A stretch of 64,000 nt of DNA from Takakia lepidozioides (GCA_030704615.1 CM060733.1:22630001-22694000), one strand, 5' to 3'; positions 25,961 through 39,806 are shown, numbered from the stretch's first letter. The notes: generated by a model from the sequence alone, not told the origin. Numbers and translations are program-made.

Positions 25961-28548
25961 AAAGTTTTTTGTTTTTTGTTTTTTTTTCGTTAATCATTCT
26001 ATTACTAACCACTTTTAGTGATTGACATCTCAAGCAGCTTAATCCCACAATCTGCTCCACCATAATGCCTTATTCACAACTTCTAGTATAGAACAATTAT
26101 ATCGATTACTCATTACTATTGATCTTTTAAAGAAATTGTGATTTATGTTGTTTGCTGAGCATTCCGGGCAACTTCCCAATGAAATATTTGTCAAAGATTA
26201 CCCTAGCACGGAGTCTTTATTGTTTGAGCTCAATTTTTGCTTATGTTGTAGGGTAAGTTTACATATTATCAGAAAATATGGAACAATGAACATTAATTCG
26301 CCTCAGATTAATGCTTTAAAGTAATGGATGTAACATGCAAATGTCCAGAGTTAGTTGGGCCAATGAGGATGCTTTTGTGCACCCCTAAGCATTTGATCAA
26401 ACACATGGGCGGTATTGCTTTGAAGCATTTGAGCAATGCCAATCTTCGGCTCAACGTGGAACAGGTGTAAAACTCATAACATTCTCGAACTAAGAGCATC
26501 TCTGCCCTTCAAACGTTATATACCTTGGGTACAGGGGTGACGGTAGTGTTTACAAGGACTCCTTGCTTGACACTCCACGGTTGGCACGGTAGGAGACACA
26601 GAGACAAGCCCCGAGGCAGGCCTGCCGCCCATTCACAATCTTGGCGCGTTGTCCAAGGACATAATATCTCGTGAACTCACGAATTTAATGTGCAGTGGTT
26701 GGCGGGTCCCAGTATGATTGGCCAAAGTGCCAGGGCTGGAGGCAAATTTAAGGCGGGGCAGGCCGAAAAACTACCGGCCTGAGTCAACCATGGCTAGGCC
26801 CACTTTTTTGGACCCCACGCCCGTAGATTGTCGTTTTTGGGCAAATGCCGTGGCACCGTGGAGATGCTCTAACTTAAGAGAATCTCGTATTTTTCTTTAT
26901 GATAGTGTAGTATAATGAGGGTTAGTAGCAAATCGTTGTAGACTTGGGCATTGTTTAGTCTTGGACGGATAAAAATCGGCTCTAAACTCTAAAAACATTA
27001 AACATGATAATTAATGTCTAAGACTGATGGCTTTTAAGTAAACAAGAGTGTATCATTAGCAACCACCATTCGCCATGGATGATGCCAAACGATACATCGT
27101 TGCCTTGTGGCCATTGACCTCCCTCAGCTTGAACGAAACAAAAAGGGACATAAACTACATTGTCAAACTTCTTTTGTGAGGGGCTGATGTAGCATGATTA
27201 CAAAACACCATTACTATCTAACCTAAAGTGTGTGTATAAAAAGTTGGGTCATAATGAATTTTTGGCGTACATGTGCAATTTTAATCCTACGTAATTATAA
27301 TGTTTGACTTCACACTTGGATGACCGACTATAGCCGGTCCAATATTTTGAAAAAATGTATCTCGGAAAAATAGATGAATGTAAATAACATCCATTATACC
27401 ATGATACATTTTTTGATGAGACTATTTAGGGAGTCTTATAGAGTTGAGTCAAAATATTAGAAACCGCAAATGGTCCTAGAGATTGCTAATTTGTGATAAA
27501 TCGGGCATTTTCTTTCCAGTAAGAAGATGAAAGTTAGACTTTGGTAGGCACAGTAGATGTTGAAAAATTCCGTCAAAGATTTTTTTCGTTGTTATTTAGG
27601 GATAATTGTCCAACAAAACTTTGACTATCTCATGTAAGATGACGAAACTAGTGTGGGGGAGATCTAGAATCATGAGGATATCAACCTGGATATCAATGTA
27701 TCCGGACCTGGAATCGGCATTTTTTAGTATCCAGTTTAGATGCATAACCGGCGGATATGAAAATATGGAAAAAGAAAAAAAGAAAAAAAAAGATACCCCA
27801 CGTAATACTCGGCGGATATCTGGCCAATACCCGTCAATACTTGGCGCATCTCAGCCCTAAATTCTCGGGGAACTCACTCCTTATATAGTTTAGGGAATCA
27901 CGTGTGATAAAGAGGTATTTTACATGGGGGTATTATTTTTTCTTTTTCTTTTTTCATCCACCCTATACTTATCTAATTATGTAATATGCACAATTACCTG
28001 GCAGGCTATTTTTTTTTACATTTGACTGTAATCACCAAATATTTGACACCCTATAGTAACATAAAAATAAAACAAAAATTTCTTAGAGTGCAAAATATTT
28101 TATTGCACAATGCTCTAATGTACCTATCAAACGAATGAGAACAACTCTTCATATTTTCAGTGCTGTGAAAAAAATACTCCTTAGGTGAGAGAGCAAAAAC
28201 CTTACAACAAGTGATTAAACCAGAGCTTCCAACAACACTTGTCATGTTGGTAATACTTGGAACCGGCGGATATTAAAAAAAAATTAACCTCCATCCAACA
28301 CTGGATGAAACCCTGTGGAATTTTATTTACAAACTGACATGAGGCGACTATACAAAGGATGAGAAGAAAATGTGTAAAAATAAACGAATGAAAAAAGAAA
28401 TATGTGAAGCTAATCAAGCTGAACGATCATCCCATCCTGATCTTACATATGGATGAGCAATTTCATCCATCTACCTAATAGTCTCGTGTTATTGCTAGGT
28501 TATTTGTAATCTATGATTAGCTCCAAAGAGACCTTGTCCCTACAAGGT

Positions 28549-28685
28549 AGGGCCCATTAATGAAACATTAAAGACATTGTGTTAATGCGAAGAGCCACGC
28601 CAAACTCTAGGGCCACTTGTCATTTCCCTTGCCACACCCCCTTCCCAGTAGCCGCCATGCTCCATGCTCCATTGCCATGTTAGTT
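28549..28685 (+). repeat. Long-TIR-like repeat; partner at 38973-39120
   Basis: AGG(G/A)CCCATTAATGAAACATTAAA is followed by ~110 bp of weaker similarity at both sites. Confidence 0.55.
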
Positions 28686-29419
28686 ATTCATAGATGAGTT
28701 TAAGGCATGAGTTTAAGGATGAATTTAGGATGGATAAGGTTAGAGATGAGGTTAGGGATGAGGTTAGGCTCATTAGGGTGGCGATTGTTTAACCATTGCC
28801 TATCTGGGCTCCCAAAGCAAGCAGCAGTGTTTTATGGATTAGTGGACCATAATTATGAATAGATTAGTGAGTTGAGCTTGTGGATCACTAAACAAGATGT
28901 GAATTGTTGGATGCATGACGCTTACGAGATTGCATGAAGGAGCTGAAGCAGGTAAAGAAGCTTATAGTTTGAGATAATGGACAAGACCATAGATTATATG
29001 AAAAATATTCTAGCAAGTAAGATTATGCTTATGCAAACGACATTTGTTATTTACATTTGTTTTTCTGTTGTTTGCATGATTTTTCTTTCATAACAGGGGT
29101 ATCCCAATGGAGAGAGCAACCATGTGCTCTGAAGCACAATTTCTTAGGACATGGAAACCCTCAATGCGGTTTTATCCATTGGAGAATGTTTTTATTTTGG
29201 TTGAAACTTGAAAATTTCAATAATGGTTCATATAGTAGGCCATACGATAGAGGATCGGACTAATTAAAAAAATTCCTGAATGCATATTAGGGTTTTGTGA
29301 TGAAAATCAATCATGAAGGAACTGGAGAATTTGAAGCCCTACAAAAAAAAATCCATTTGATGCAAATGACTTGGTATGGCTGTCACACATCATAAAAGAA
29401 ATATGATCAGCAATTGTTA

Positions 29420-29815
29420 GAGGACTCCGCAGTCGAGGTTTCATTTGGGCATTAACTACATATATACAATACGCATATCATGATCATGCATCACTTAAAT
29501 GCTATCTAGTGGAAACCATGGTCGCGGTTTCGCTAGAGCATACATTACCTCAATTGTTGGTGGAAAACACTGGTGAGGTTTCCATTAAGCATGAACCTTA
29601 TGTATGCATATCATGATAATGCACACTTAAATGAGCTAGTGGAAACTGAGATCGATGTTTTTCTGAAATGCATCATTTCAATTAAGTGAAAACCTGGTCA
29701 ACGTTTCCCGAAACTTGCACCATTTCAATTACTTACAACATTTAATGGAAACTGCGATCGAGATGCATCACTTCTATTATAAATATAGGGTGGAAACCGC
29801 AGTCAAGGTTTTCAT
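29420..29815. repeat. Degenerate array of spaced palindromes GGAAAC-N~10-GTTT(C)C
   Basis: About seven copies occur at ~50-80 bp spacing, e.g. near 29510, 29561, 29640, 29686, 29746 and 29791. Confidence 0.6.
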
Positions 29816-30029
29816 GAGCACACCACTTAAATTGTACAGTTGTTGTCACAGTTTTTCAGCACACCGCCATTGATACATTGATACAATGAAAGCGATGGCA
29901 GGTAAAATTAAAACTAGATTCTCTTTACTACTGCAGATAATACTTGTAAAAACTACATGTATACTCAAAACATTATGTATCTTTTCGAATATGCACGTTC
30001 GAAACATGTTCAAATTATAGCAGCATAAA

Positions 30030-30746
30030 TGTCGCGCACCTCACTTCGGTAAGCTCCCCTTCAAGTCATAATTACTCGTTTTAGCCTAACTCCCAAACTG
30101 GCCGCCGGACCAACTCAGAGCTTCGGCTGCTCACCGGGACATAACGGTCCCCTTTTACTCCTCCACAAGATCATCTCTCAATTTGGGCCTAGTGGAAATT
30201 CTCTTTGGTTGTTGGCAGTCTGGAACAGCTCCCCACACCTTGGTCACTTTTCGGCTCGCACGCTTACTCATTAGTTTTTGGTCACCAACGGGCTTGCACC
30301 GTTCTCGGGGTTACGACTCCCTATATATACTGCTGTGACTGTCCGCGGGGTTTTACAAACAACCCAATCATTTTATGGCGAACCACCACAAAAACCCTCG
30401 ATTCCCGGTGATGAGTCGCAGTGAGTCTTGGCCCACCCACCACGGCCCCATTGGACCATGATGAGTCCCAAGACTCCCCACGACTCCCACCACAAGGTCT
30501 CCGCCCCATGATGAGTCTTATGCCACCCCCACTAAGTCCCACTAAGCTACCACCACCCCTCGTGGAACCACCCCCACCGCAACCCGGTGTGCGGGGCTCC
30601 ACCTAGTGAGCGCCTCCGCCTGCTTGAGTGCCTTGGGCATTTAAGGGTGCTTCAGCCCCCGTATCTATTGTTGCCACTGCCCCCACCACAGGGGCAGCCC
30701 CTCTTGTGTCCCGACCCCCCTGCCTTCAAGGCAAAGGACCGTGACA
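30030..30746 (-). repeat. 3' LTR of chromovirus copy A
   Basis: TGTCAC...GCGACA on the minus strand, homologous to the LTRs at 39235 and 48355. It is preceded by a purine-rich PPT (GGTAGGGGTGTG, 30747-30758). Confidence 0.92.
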
Positions 30747-32231
30747 CACACCCCTACCAACAGGGAGTCGATATCCTCATCGACTTGTCCATTTTGTAGA
30801 AACAACATCCAAGTTGTGGCGTCCAACATCAAGGAGTTTGTTTCCGTACCATGGCGTCCCATGGCAAAGAACCAAACCCCCACTTGACTTAACTCTCCAT
30901 TAGCTAGTTCGGCCGACTTTCTCCAAGTCCCGGCCAAGGGTGGAGCCTCTCAAGCTCCACCCAGTGCACTCTTCTTGGCCCACTTCAAGGCCAAGGAATG
31001 ATCCTCCCCGAGGATCGAATTGCCTTACTGCAACAACATTGCTAACGACCGCTCATGATGCCGCTTTTGGCATCACCTTGAGCAAGGGTTCACCTTGAAC
31101 CTTTTTTTACTAAGAAGATAATCTTGAACCAACTGTGCACCCCAATCATTACAATTGGGTCCGCATTGGAATGCTGGCCTGAGGTACGGGAACACGCCGA
31201 AGCCGCACTCAAGTTGCCTCCACTTGATGATAGCCCTTCCACTTCACGAGATGCTCCATTTCTCGATTCTTGAACCTCTTCGACTTAAACACTGCCTCCA
31301 CCTCGTACTCAGGTTCATTTTTATGATCCAACAGCACGGGTGGCGGACGTAACACTTGATGCCGATTCAGACGCGCTTCATATTTGAAGTAAGGCTTAAA
31401 AAGGGAAACGTGGAATACCGGATGCACCTTGCTGTTTGCCGGCAGCTCCAAATTCATACACATCCTCATTCATAACCTTCCGGATGCGAAAAAACCCCGC
31501 ATACGGAGGTACGAACTTCGGACTCATTTCCGGAGGTAGTCGAAAATTCTTGATGTTCAACCAGACCTCCGTGCCTGCCTCAAACTTAACTTCCCTCCGT
31601 TTCTGATTCGCCTGCCGTTCATACCATTTCCTAGCTTTGGCAATGTTGTACTTTGCGAGCTTTAACAAACGCTCGCGTTCGTCCAGCACCACTGCTGCTA
31701 CCGGTTCCTCAACGTCCTGGGCGACCCAACTTGTCGGCACCAAATGTGCTTTTCCATAGACCAATACGAAATGGGGCACTCCCGTTGCGGAGTGTTTTGT
31801 GTTATTATAACATAACTCTGCCGCATCCAAGTGCTCCACCTAGTCTGTTGGTCTGCCGACACATAATTCCGCAAGATCTGCTTCACCATGGAATTCACTC
31901 TTTCCGTTTGGCCGTCCGTCGTAGGTCGGAAGGCAATGCTCATCTTGAGCCTCGTCCCCATTTTCTTCCAAAGTGCCCTCCAAAATTTACTTGTAAACTT
32001 TGGATCGCGGTCCGAGACAATATCGTTTGGGAGTCCATGATGCTTGAAAACGTGGGTGACGTAATGTCGCCCCGTCTCCTACGCCGTTACTGTCTCCTTG
32101 GTGGGAATGAAATGACCCATTTTACTGAACCTATCCATCACCACCATGATTGCATCGAATCCTTTTGACAGCGGCATAATAGTCATGAAATCCATCGAGA
32201 CACTTTCCCAAGACCCCTCTGGAATCTGCAA

Positions 32232-35200
32232 CACTACAACAGATTCCGGCTTTAACGTCTGTCACATTTGCCCAGTCGTAACATATATGTCTACAAAATG
32301 CAAGGGGGCAGTCCTAGTTGCCATTTGTGACCAGCAGGAGTCGTATATGTCACCTTGTACCTCCGCCACGTCAGGATTTGCGGTCAAACACGTTTGACCA
32401 GATAGGGGAAGATGGTAGATACGACTAGGATTCATGGACAAAACTGCAACAGGATAACGTGGGCATGGGAATGTATGACTGCCAGTATTCACAACTACAC
32501 GTGGTGATTGCCGGTTGCCCAAGGAGTGTCTACGTGGACGATGCAAACATAAATGGATGAAACATATGCATGATGTGATTACAAATGACGACGTGTCAAC
32601 ATATCATTGCTCGTGGGTACTAAGCCACACCCTGTGAATGAATGAATGGATGAATGAATGAGTATGATGAATTAGGATGAGTAAATAAGGATGACTTAGG
32701 ATGAATGTGCTCGAATTTAGGGTTGTTAGGTCGCGTTAAGTATGAGGATAATAAGTAGTAAAAATATTTAACTATTGTTTCACTGACCCAGCAGATTAAC
32801 AGTAAAACTAATCGATTGTTGGTTAAGGTTAGTGAAACAAAACAACTGTATTATCTCAACGAATGATACACAAATGTCTTGCTGGCAACTATTGGATGAA
32901 CGTATCAAACATAACTTTTGTGCACTGGATGAACGTATGAACGAATGATACAACAAACGCCTTACTGGCAACTATTGGATGAACGTATGAACGAATGATA
33001 GTGCAAACGTTGAGCTGACAGCAATTGGATGAACTGACAGTGAAACTCATTTAAAGATTTATTTTGGATGAATGGATAATGGTTCGCCATAAAATAACTG
33101 GGTTGTTGGTGAAACCCGTGCGGACAGTCACAGAAGTATATATAGGGAGTAGTAACCTCGAGAACGGTGCAAGCCCGTTGGTAAAATGGCAAAAAAATGA
33201 AAAAACAAATGAATGGATGGATGTATTGATGGAAAACCCAAAATCCATCCATCTATCGAGGATCTAATTTACATTAGAAAAATTCTATAGATTTTTGGTC
33301 AGGTCCAAAAAACTAAAACTGGTCTATATAAGTAGATTTCCCCTTTCTGCAGCTATCCCCCCCAAAACTGCGTCAAACGGAGCTCATTTGACAAAGATAT
33401 GACCAACCAGGCTCTTTAAACATAACACCCTTTAAAAAAAATTAAAAAAAATACAAGGGAAAATCTATTTTCAATAACTTGTCTTGGTTCCCTATTCCCT
33501 GGCTTCCTAAGAATTCCCTGGACTCATGCCTGGCTCATATCTGAAAAATAACAGTCAAAGCTGAAATTGTACTAGTTGTCATTCTGAACACTGCCCTGGT
33601 GGACATGTATGCCAAATGTGGGTGCAGCAAGCCTGATGCGAAGGGAGAGTTCGACAACATGGCTAAATGAGATGTGGTGTTGTGGAGTGCCATGATTGCA
33701 AGGTATGTGCAGCATGGGTGTGGGATTAAGGCTTTGAAAACCTAAGAGCAAATGATGTGGGAAAGGATGAAGCCAGACCAGGTCATGTTCATTTGTGTTT
33801 GTAATATGCATATGCGAGCCTAGAAGCCTTGGGAAGGGGCCAAGAGGTTCATGGTGACATCGTCAAAGTTGGAATTGTACCTGATGTCATTATGAACATT
33901 CCCTTGGTGTACATGTATGTCAAATGCGAGCCTGGTAGCCCTGGAAATGACGCAACGGTCCATGGTGACATTGTCAAAGCTGGAATTGTACCACTAGATG
34001 TCTCTAAACACTGCCTTGGTGGATATGTATGTCAAATGCAAGCCTGGTAGCCCTGAAGAATGGTGCAGAGGTCCACGGTAATATCGTCAAAGCTAGTATT
34101 GTACCTGATGTGATTCTGAATGTTGTCGTAGTGGACATGTATGCCAAGTTTGGGTAGAACTACAAGGATACAAATGGCATGCAGTTTGATAATATGGTTG
34201 AATGAGATGTGGTATCAGCCTAGCCCATAATTGCACTTAACTAGAGTAGGCAATGAGTGAAGACGGGGTTCGCGGTGACATCGTCCAAGCTGGAATTGAA
34301 TTGATGTCGTTCTGAAATATGCCCTTGTGGTGAGGGCGTGCAGAGCAAGAGCGCGGGATGGGGCTTTGGAGACCTGAAAGCAAATGATGGGGGAAGGGGT
34401 GAAGCTCGACCACATCATGTTTGTGTGCGTTTGCAGTGCGTGTGCAAGCCTGACAGCCCTGGAAAGCACATGCAAAGAGGTACATGGTTGCATCACCAAA
34501 GCTGGAATTGTACCAGATGTGATTCTGAACAATACCCTCATGGGCATGGATAGCTGAAGGAGCAGGGATAGAGTGTGGGCGTAGATTCATCCAAGAGGGC
34601 CGGATTTTCAAGCTCCATATTACCTATGATTCATTGTGGAAGTATAGCTAGAAGAAACCTGCATGGGTAGATGGTCAACTGGAAGCCGCAGCAACAACGA
34701 CACAATTGATAAAATCAGGCACTGCTAATGAAGGTAGTGGATTGCTGAAGTTCGAGAGATGTCAGTGTATGCATCTTCTGCTCAAGCATTTGGAAGTCTA
34801 CATAGACTTTGCAGCTTTGTGCATTTTTGTAGCAGCACCGGATTAGATTATGGAACGGATCTTTGAACATTAAGACACGTTGTATTTGAATCGATGTTCC
34901 AATTTCAAATGTGCTTTCATGTTTCAATGTTGCTAGAGTTAGGCCCATGACTACGGTCATATACACGACTACCTCCCATCCACAGAGCCTCCGCCACGTG
35001 CCATTTTCACCCCTCGTGTTCGCCCATACTCGTGTCACGTGCAGTATCTAGAGTGCGCCATGGAAGTCATTGCTCCAGTCATAACAACCACCCCCATCCT
35101 GCATAATTTGATTCCACGTGTCATGTTTTGTCTTCTCCACGTGTTGTCCTGGGGTTAATCTGCGGAAGTCATATATGTCAGTCGTAAAGACCCTGTCGCC

Positions 35201-35473
35201 TTCTCTTTGACGTGACACGTGGCATATCCCTTCCGTTCCACGTGAAGCTGACATGGATTCGCAGTCATTTACTACGGACTTATCAATGACTATGATTAGG
35301 CGTCCCCGTTGCCACATCAACAGTGAGGTCCACGACTGGCAGATGCAACTCTATGGCGCTTACGACTCATTTGTCACAACTGACTGGGTTTATCTGACTA
35401 GGCAGTCATGCAGTCATAAAAGGCTGATACGACTGGAAAATAGCAGACGTAAAAGCTGGATTTTCTACTAGTG
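32232..35473. mobile_element. Non-autonomous CACTA element (3242 bp) carrying captured fragments
   Basis: CACTA...TAGTG termini with ~30-bp imperfect TIRs and a 3-bp TSD, CAA (32229-32231 / 35474-35476). Removing it restores the integrase sequence. Confidence 0.9.
33575..34550 (+). pseudogene. Degenerate PLS-class PPR fragments inside the CACTA element
   Basis: Repeated LNTALVDMYAKCG and G.EVHGDIVKAGIVPDV motifs, with the L-type motif tandemly re-duplicated. Very similar to 2575-3070. Confidence 0.85.
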
Positions 35474-36080
35474 CAAGGGTTGTAACAGCCCCGCTTGCTT
35501 TTTGTATTTGCTCCGGTTTTGTTGGCATGTGGTGCATGTCTTGACATACTCCTCGGCCTCATCCCTCAGTATGGGCCAGAAATACTCTTTCTTCAAGAGT
35601 GTCGCGGTGCGCTTGGCTCCGCCGTGGCCCACAAACGGGCCATCGTGGCATTCTCTCAAGAGACTATCTCTGATCCCTCCCTTCGGCACGTAGAGACGCT
35701 TTTGCTTGTACCGGAGCAGTCCATTGTGCAAGTGGAACTGTGATTTAACCCCCATCATCAAGTCCGGCATCACGGACTTTGCCATCTCATCCTTTCGGTA
35801 AGTCTTCCGGATCTTCCTTTGGAGCGCCGTCTCGCCCATGTACACCAATATGAGCTGCTGCTTTCTACTTAAAGCATCGGCCACCACATTGTCCCGTCCC
35901 GGTTTGTACTAGATATCCACGTCGAACACTGCCAAAGTGTCTTGCCACCTAAGTTGTTTTGGGGACAACTTTAGGCTGCGTGGCAAAATACTTCACCGTG
36001 ACATTGTCCGTGAACACCTTCACCGGGTTGGAACCAACATAGTGGCGCCAAAGCTCAAGGCAATGCACCACCGCCTTCAT

Positions 36081-36895
36081 CGGTACCCTTTGCCAATGAT
36101 CGACAACCACTTCGATCGGTTGGCAGGAGCGAAGTATTTCAGCCGGATCGATTTGCACTCCAGCTACCATCAAATCCGAGTGGTGGCAGGATATGAGGAG
36201 AAAACCGCGTGCAAGACAAGATATGGTTCTTACGAGTTCTTAGTGATGCCTTTTGGGCTCACCAACGCACCCGCGACCTTTAGCACACTAATGAACAGCA
36301 TTTTCCAGGAGTGGTTGGATGACTTTGTGATCGTGTACATTGATGACATCTTGGTGTACTCGAAAACGAAGGAAGAGCACTTGGAGCACCTCAAAAGGGT
36401 GTTCCAGAAATTGCGGGAAGGGAAGCTGTATACCAAAGCTTCAAAGTGCGAATTCGGGGTCACAAAAGTGGAGTTCCTAGGGCATGTGATTACACAGGAT
36501 GGGATCAAAATGGATTGACAGAAAAGTGAGGGCGATATTGGACTGGGAGCCTCCGACTTCGGTCCCGGGAGTGCGATCCTTCCTAGGACTCGCCTCCTAT
36601 TACTGAAAGTATGTGAGAATTTCGCTAAGATCACGGGGCCACTGTCAGACCTTCTGTATAAGTCTAAGGTATGGGTATGGAACATCTTTTGTGGCCAAGC
36701 TTTTGCTGAGTTGAAGTAGCAGATGGCGGAAGCTCCAGTCCTGAAAATCCCGGAATTCGACCGTCCATTTGAGATTCATACAGATACGTCGGACTTTGCA
36801 ATTGGGGGTGTACTCATGCAGGATGGACGTCCAGTGGCTTACGAAAGTAAGAAACTGAATGAAGTGGAGCGACGGTGGTCTACGCATGAGAAAGA
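36081..36895 (+). other. Inverted RT-RNaseH segment of chromovirus copy A
   Basis: Plus-strand RYPLP.ID...YIDD...TDTSDFAIGGVL...THEK lies between minus-strand flanks that are contiguous with it in copy B. Confidence 0.9.
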
Positions 36896-37517
36896 TTTAT
36901 TGATTGACTCTATTTTGGTTTTTTATAGTCACCTTATTCAAAGCCATGTAATCGACACACATCCGCAACGTCCCATCCTTTTTGTCTGCGAATAGCACCG
37001 GGGCTCCGTAGGGTGACTTACTCGGCCGGATGTAACCCTTTGACATTAGATCATGGAGCTGAGCCTTCAGCTCGACCTACTCTTTGTGGCTCAACCGGTA
37101 GGCGCCTTGGCAGGCGGCTCCGATCCCGGTATCAACTCAATCTTGTGGTCAACTCATCTTCGCGGTGGCAAACTGCTTGGTAAATCCTCCGGCATCACGT
37201 CCTGGTATTTCTCCAAGATCCCCTTGATCCAATCTGGGCTCGGCTCCCTATCGCCTTCTTCTTCCACTTGTCTTACGTAAGGCAAAAACTGGGGCTCGTG
37301 AGCTCCTCTACGGCCCACTCCTTTGCTGTCAGCAGGTTTATTTGCCCTCCCACTCGGTTGGGCATTTCCGACACCCGTAACACTTCGCCACCATTCCCAC
37401 ATGGTAGCGTGACTATTCTCTTGCGGCCATTCATGACCACTCCAGATTTGCTCAAAAATGTCATCCCAAAATGAGATCCACTCCATCGATCTCGCAAATG
37501 GTGAAGTTCTCACGTAC

Positions 37518-38230
37518 GGTTTGGGTTTAAGGTACAAATGGACAAACAAATATGGAAGACTCACACTCGCAAAAACTTGCTGTGTGTTAGTAGGATATAA
37601 AATAAAAATAAAAATGGAGAAACAAATATAATTATGGAAGAGTCATTGGCCGGACAAATATTTAAATTGAAGATTCGTCCTTGGAACCTGGTATTAAGAT
37701 ACATATAAAGCACACTATGCAAAGGTAAATACATGTCAATCCAAAACAAAGGAGAAAACTAGTGCAAAAATGGAGGGAGAAAACATTTGGATAACCATAA
37801 TGGTTATGGTTATGGTATGGATAATTCATTCCCATTTGTATGGGAAGGGTAAGGGTTTAGACGTAATAATGGCTTAACGGCAAAGGTTTAGGGTTTACGG
37901 TGAGGGATTAGGGAAATGGTTTAGGGTTTGGGTTTAAGGTACAAATGGTGAACAAACATGGAAGACCCGCACTCGCTCTATATTTAGTGTGGGTTAGTAA
38001 GATACAAAATGAAAAATTGGATAACGAAGAGATTTGGATAACCATAATGGTTATGGTTATGGTATGGATAGTTGATTCCCATTTGCAAAGTGAAGGGTAA
38101 GGGTTCTAGGGTAATGGGTTAAGGGTAAGGGTTTAGGGTTTTATAGTAAGGGTTTAGGGTAGGTGTTTAGGATTTTTGTTTAAGGTACAAAATAGACAAA
38201 CACTTATAGAAGACTCGAGTCGCTACAACT
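37518..38230 (+). repeat. Degenerate tandem repeat with telomere-like GGTTTAGGG runs; opposite-strand copy at ~41172-41545
   Basis: The unit marker GTTTAAGGTACAAA recurs near 37525, 37932 and 38178, and its reverse complement lies at ~41395-41425. Confidence 0.7.
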
Positions 38231-39234
38231 TAGTGTTGTTAGTAGGGTAGTAAGCAAAATAAAAATGAAAAATGAAAAAGAAAAATTGAACAACGGAAGA
38301 AAACATGTGAAACAATGAAAGAAAATCAGAGCCAAAGATGAGAAGTATGAAAAGAAATGAAAATTTGGTGCAGAAAAGTCGTAGAGCTAAGAGGGAAAAT
38401 GGAGGAAAACCTCAGAGATAAAACTTCACGACTGGCAAATTGAAAAGTATGTCAAGAACGATTGGGTAAGGGTTCTCTTAGTGGGAGACTTCAGTGGGAG
38501 ACTTGGTTATGCGAAAAGCAAGTGCAATCATTGAGAGAAGGACAATAGTTATATTAAAACCTATCTAATTTGTCAGCCTTGTGAACTTTGAACAGATGAA
38601 ATCCATTCAAAATTCATCATATAGAGATGAAAATATCCTTAAGTGTATGGTCATATAGGTCAACATACCCTATTGGAGTGATTAGAGGGAGTGACGTGAG
38701 AGGAGAGAGGCTGCGAGGAATTTGCGCACGTTCATCCAGTGCATGATTTGCCTATGTGTGTGGTCATGGTGGACGTCCATCCTACATCCGTTAGGTCCTA
38801 CCTGGCTCATCAGCCTTGACCGTACCCTCATGTGTGCACTACTTGAGATCTTGGGTTTGAACCATATGAAAGTTGGCCCTTTTCAAGGTGTCTTATTTTA
38901 CACAAGTTCTGCAACGCCTCGTGTTATTTGTAGTTTTGATTAGCCCCAAGGGAGGACTTGTCATTAATGAGAGGACCCATTAATGAAACATTAAAAACAC
39001 TGTGCCAGTAGCGGTAAAGGCGTACGGCCCATGCCGACCCACTTGCCTTGTTTCCCCCCCTGCCCACCTGCTTTAGCCTTCGCTATGCCCCATGTGCCTC
39101 CCCATGGTCCATGGTCCATGTTTTATGGTTTTTAGGGCGGCGGCTAGTTAAGGGTTTAGGCTGTTTAGGGCGGCTAGCTTTTGAATCTATGCTTTGAATC
39201 AAGTTAGAGACAAAGTTTGTGGACTTTGATTTAT

Positions 39235-39792
39235 TGTCGCGGCCCTTTGCCTTGAGGGCAGGGGGGTCGGGACACAAGAGGGGCTGCCCCTGTGGTGGGG
39301 GCAGTGGCAACAATAGATACGGGGGCTGAAGCACCCTTGAGTGCCCAAGGCACTCAAGAAGGCGGAGGCGCTCACTAGGTGGAGCCCCGCACACCGGGTT
39401 GCGGTGGGGGTGGTTCCACGAGGGGTGGTGGTAGCTTAGTGGGACTTAGTGGGGGTGGCATAGGACTCACCATGGGGCAGAGACCTTGTAGTGGGAGTCG
39501 TGGGGAGTCTTGGGACTCATCACGGTCCAATGGGGCCGTGGTGGGTGGGCCAAGACTCACCGCGACTCATCACCGGGAATCGAGGATTTTCCGGACTGCC
39601 AACAACCAAAGGGAATTTCCACTAGGCCCAAATTGAGAGAGGGTCTTGTGGAGGAGTAAGGGGGGACCGTTATGTCCCGGTGAGCAGCCGAAGCTCCGAG
39701 TTGGCCCGGCGGCCAGTTTGGGAGTTAGGCGCGCGCGTCAAAGCGAGTAACTATGACTTGAAGGGGAGCTTACCGCAGTGAGGTGCACGACA
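39235..39792 (+). repeat. 5' LTR of chromovirus copy A (internal deletion removes the TATA-containing block)
   Basis: TGTCGC...ACGACA, followed by a PBS. It is about 150 bp shorter than the other two LTRs. Confidence 0.92.
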
Positions 39793-39794
39793 CT

Positions 39795-39806
39795 TGGTAT
39801 CAGAGC
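39795..39806 (+). promoter_or_regulatory. Primer-binding site for initiator tRNA-Met
   Basis: TGGTATCAGAGC lies 2 nt after the LTR end. Confidence 0.92.

Larger units (their letters stand above)
31150..37517 (-). pseudogene. Disrupted pol of Galadriel-like chromovirus copy A (RT-RH-INT-chromodomain), split by a CACTA insertion and an internal inversion
   Basis: Chromodomain EYEVEAVFKSK...LVKWKGY (31209-31330), INT core TTDGQTERVN, INT zinc finger ECHDGPFVGH...CTTCQ (35474-35890), RT YIDD in the inverted block. Multiple stops and frameshifts. Confidence 0.9.

Noticed and set aside
30321-30799. Pro/Gly-rich ORFs in the chromovirus LTRs (also near 39.1-39.6 kb and 48.2-48.9 kb)
   Set aside because: They are by-products of GC-rich LTR sequence and are repeated only because the LTR is.
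35937-36518. 193-aa ORF as a novel RT fusion
   Set aside because: It is an artefact of the inversion breakpoint at 36080/36081; the N-terminus is antisense RNase H sequence.
37518-38230. True telomere
   Set aside because: Only short degenerate TTTAGGG runs within longer repeat units, at an interstitial position.
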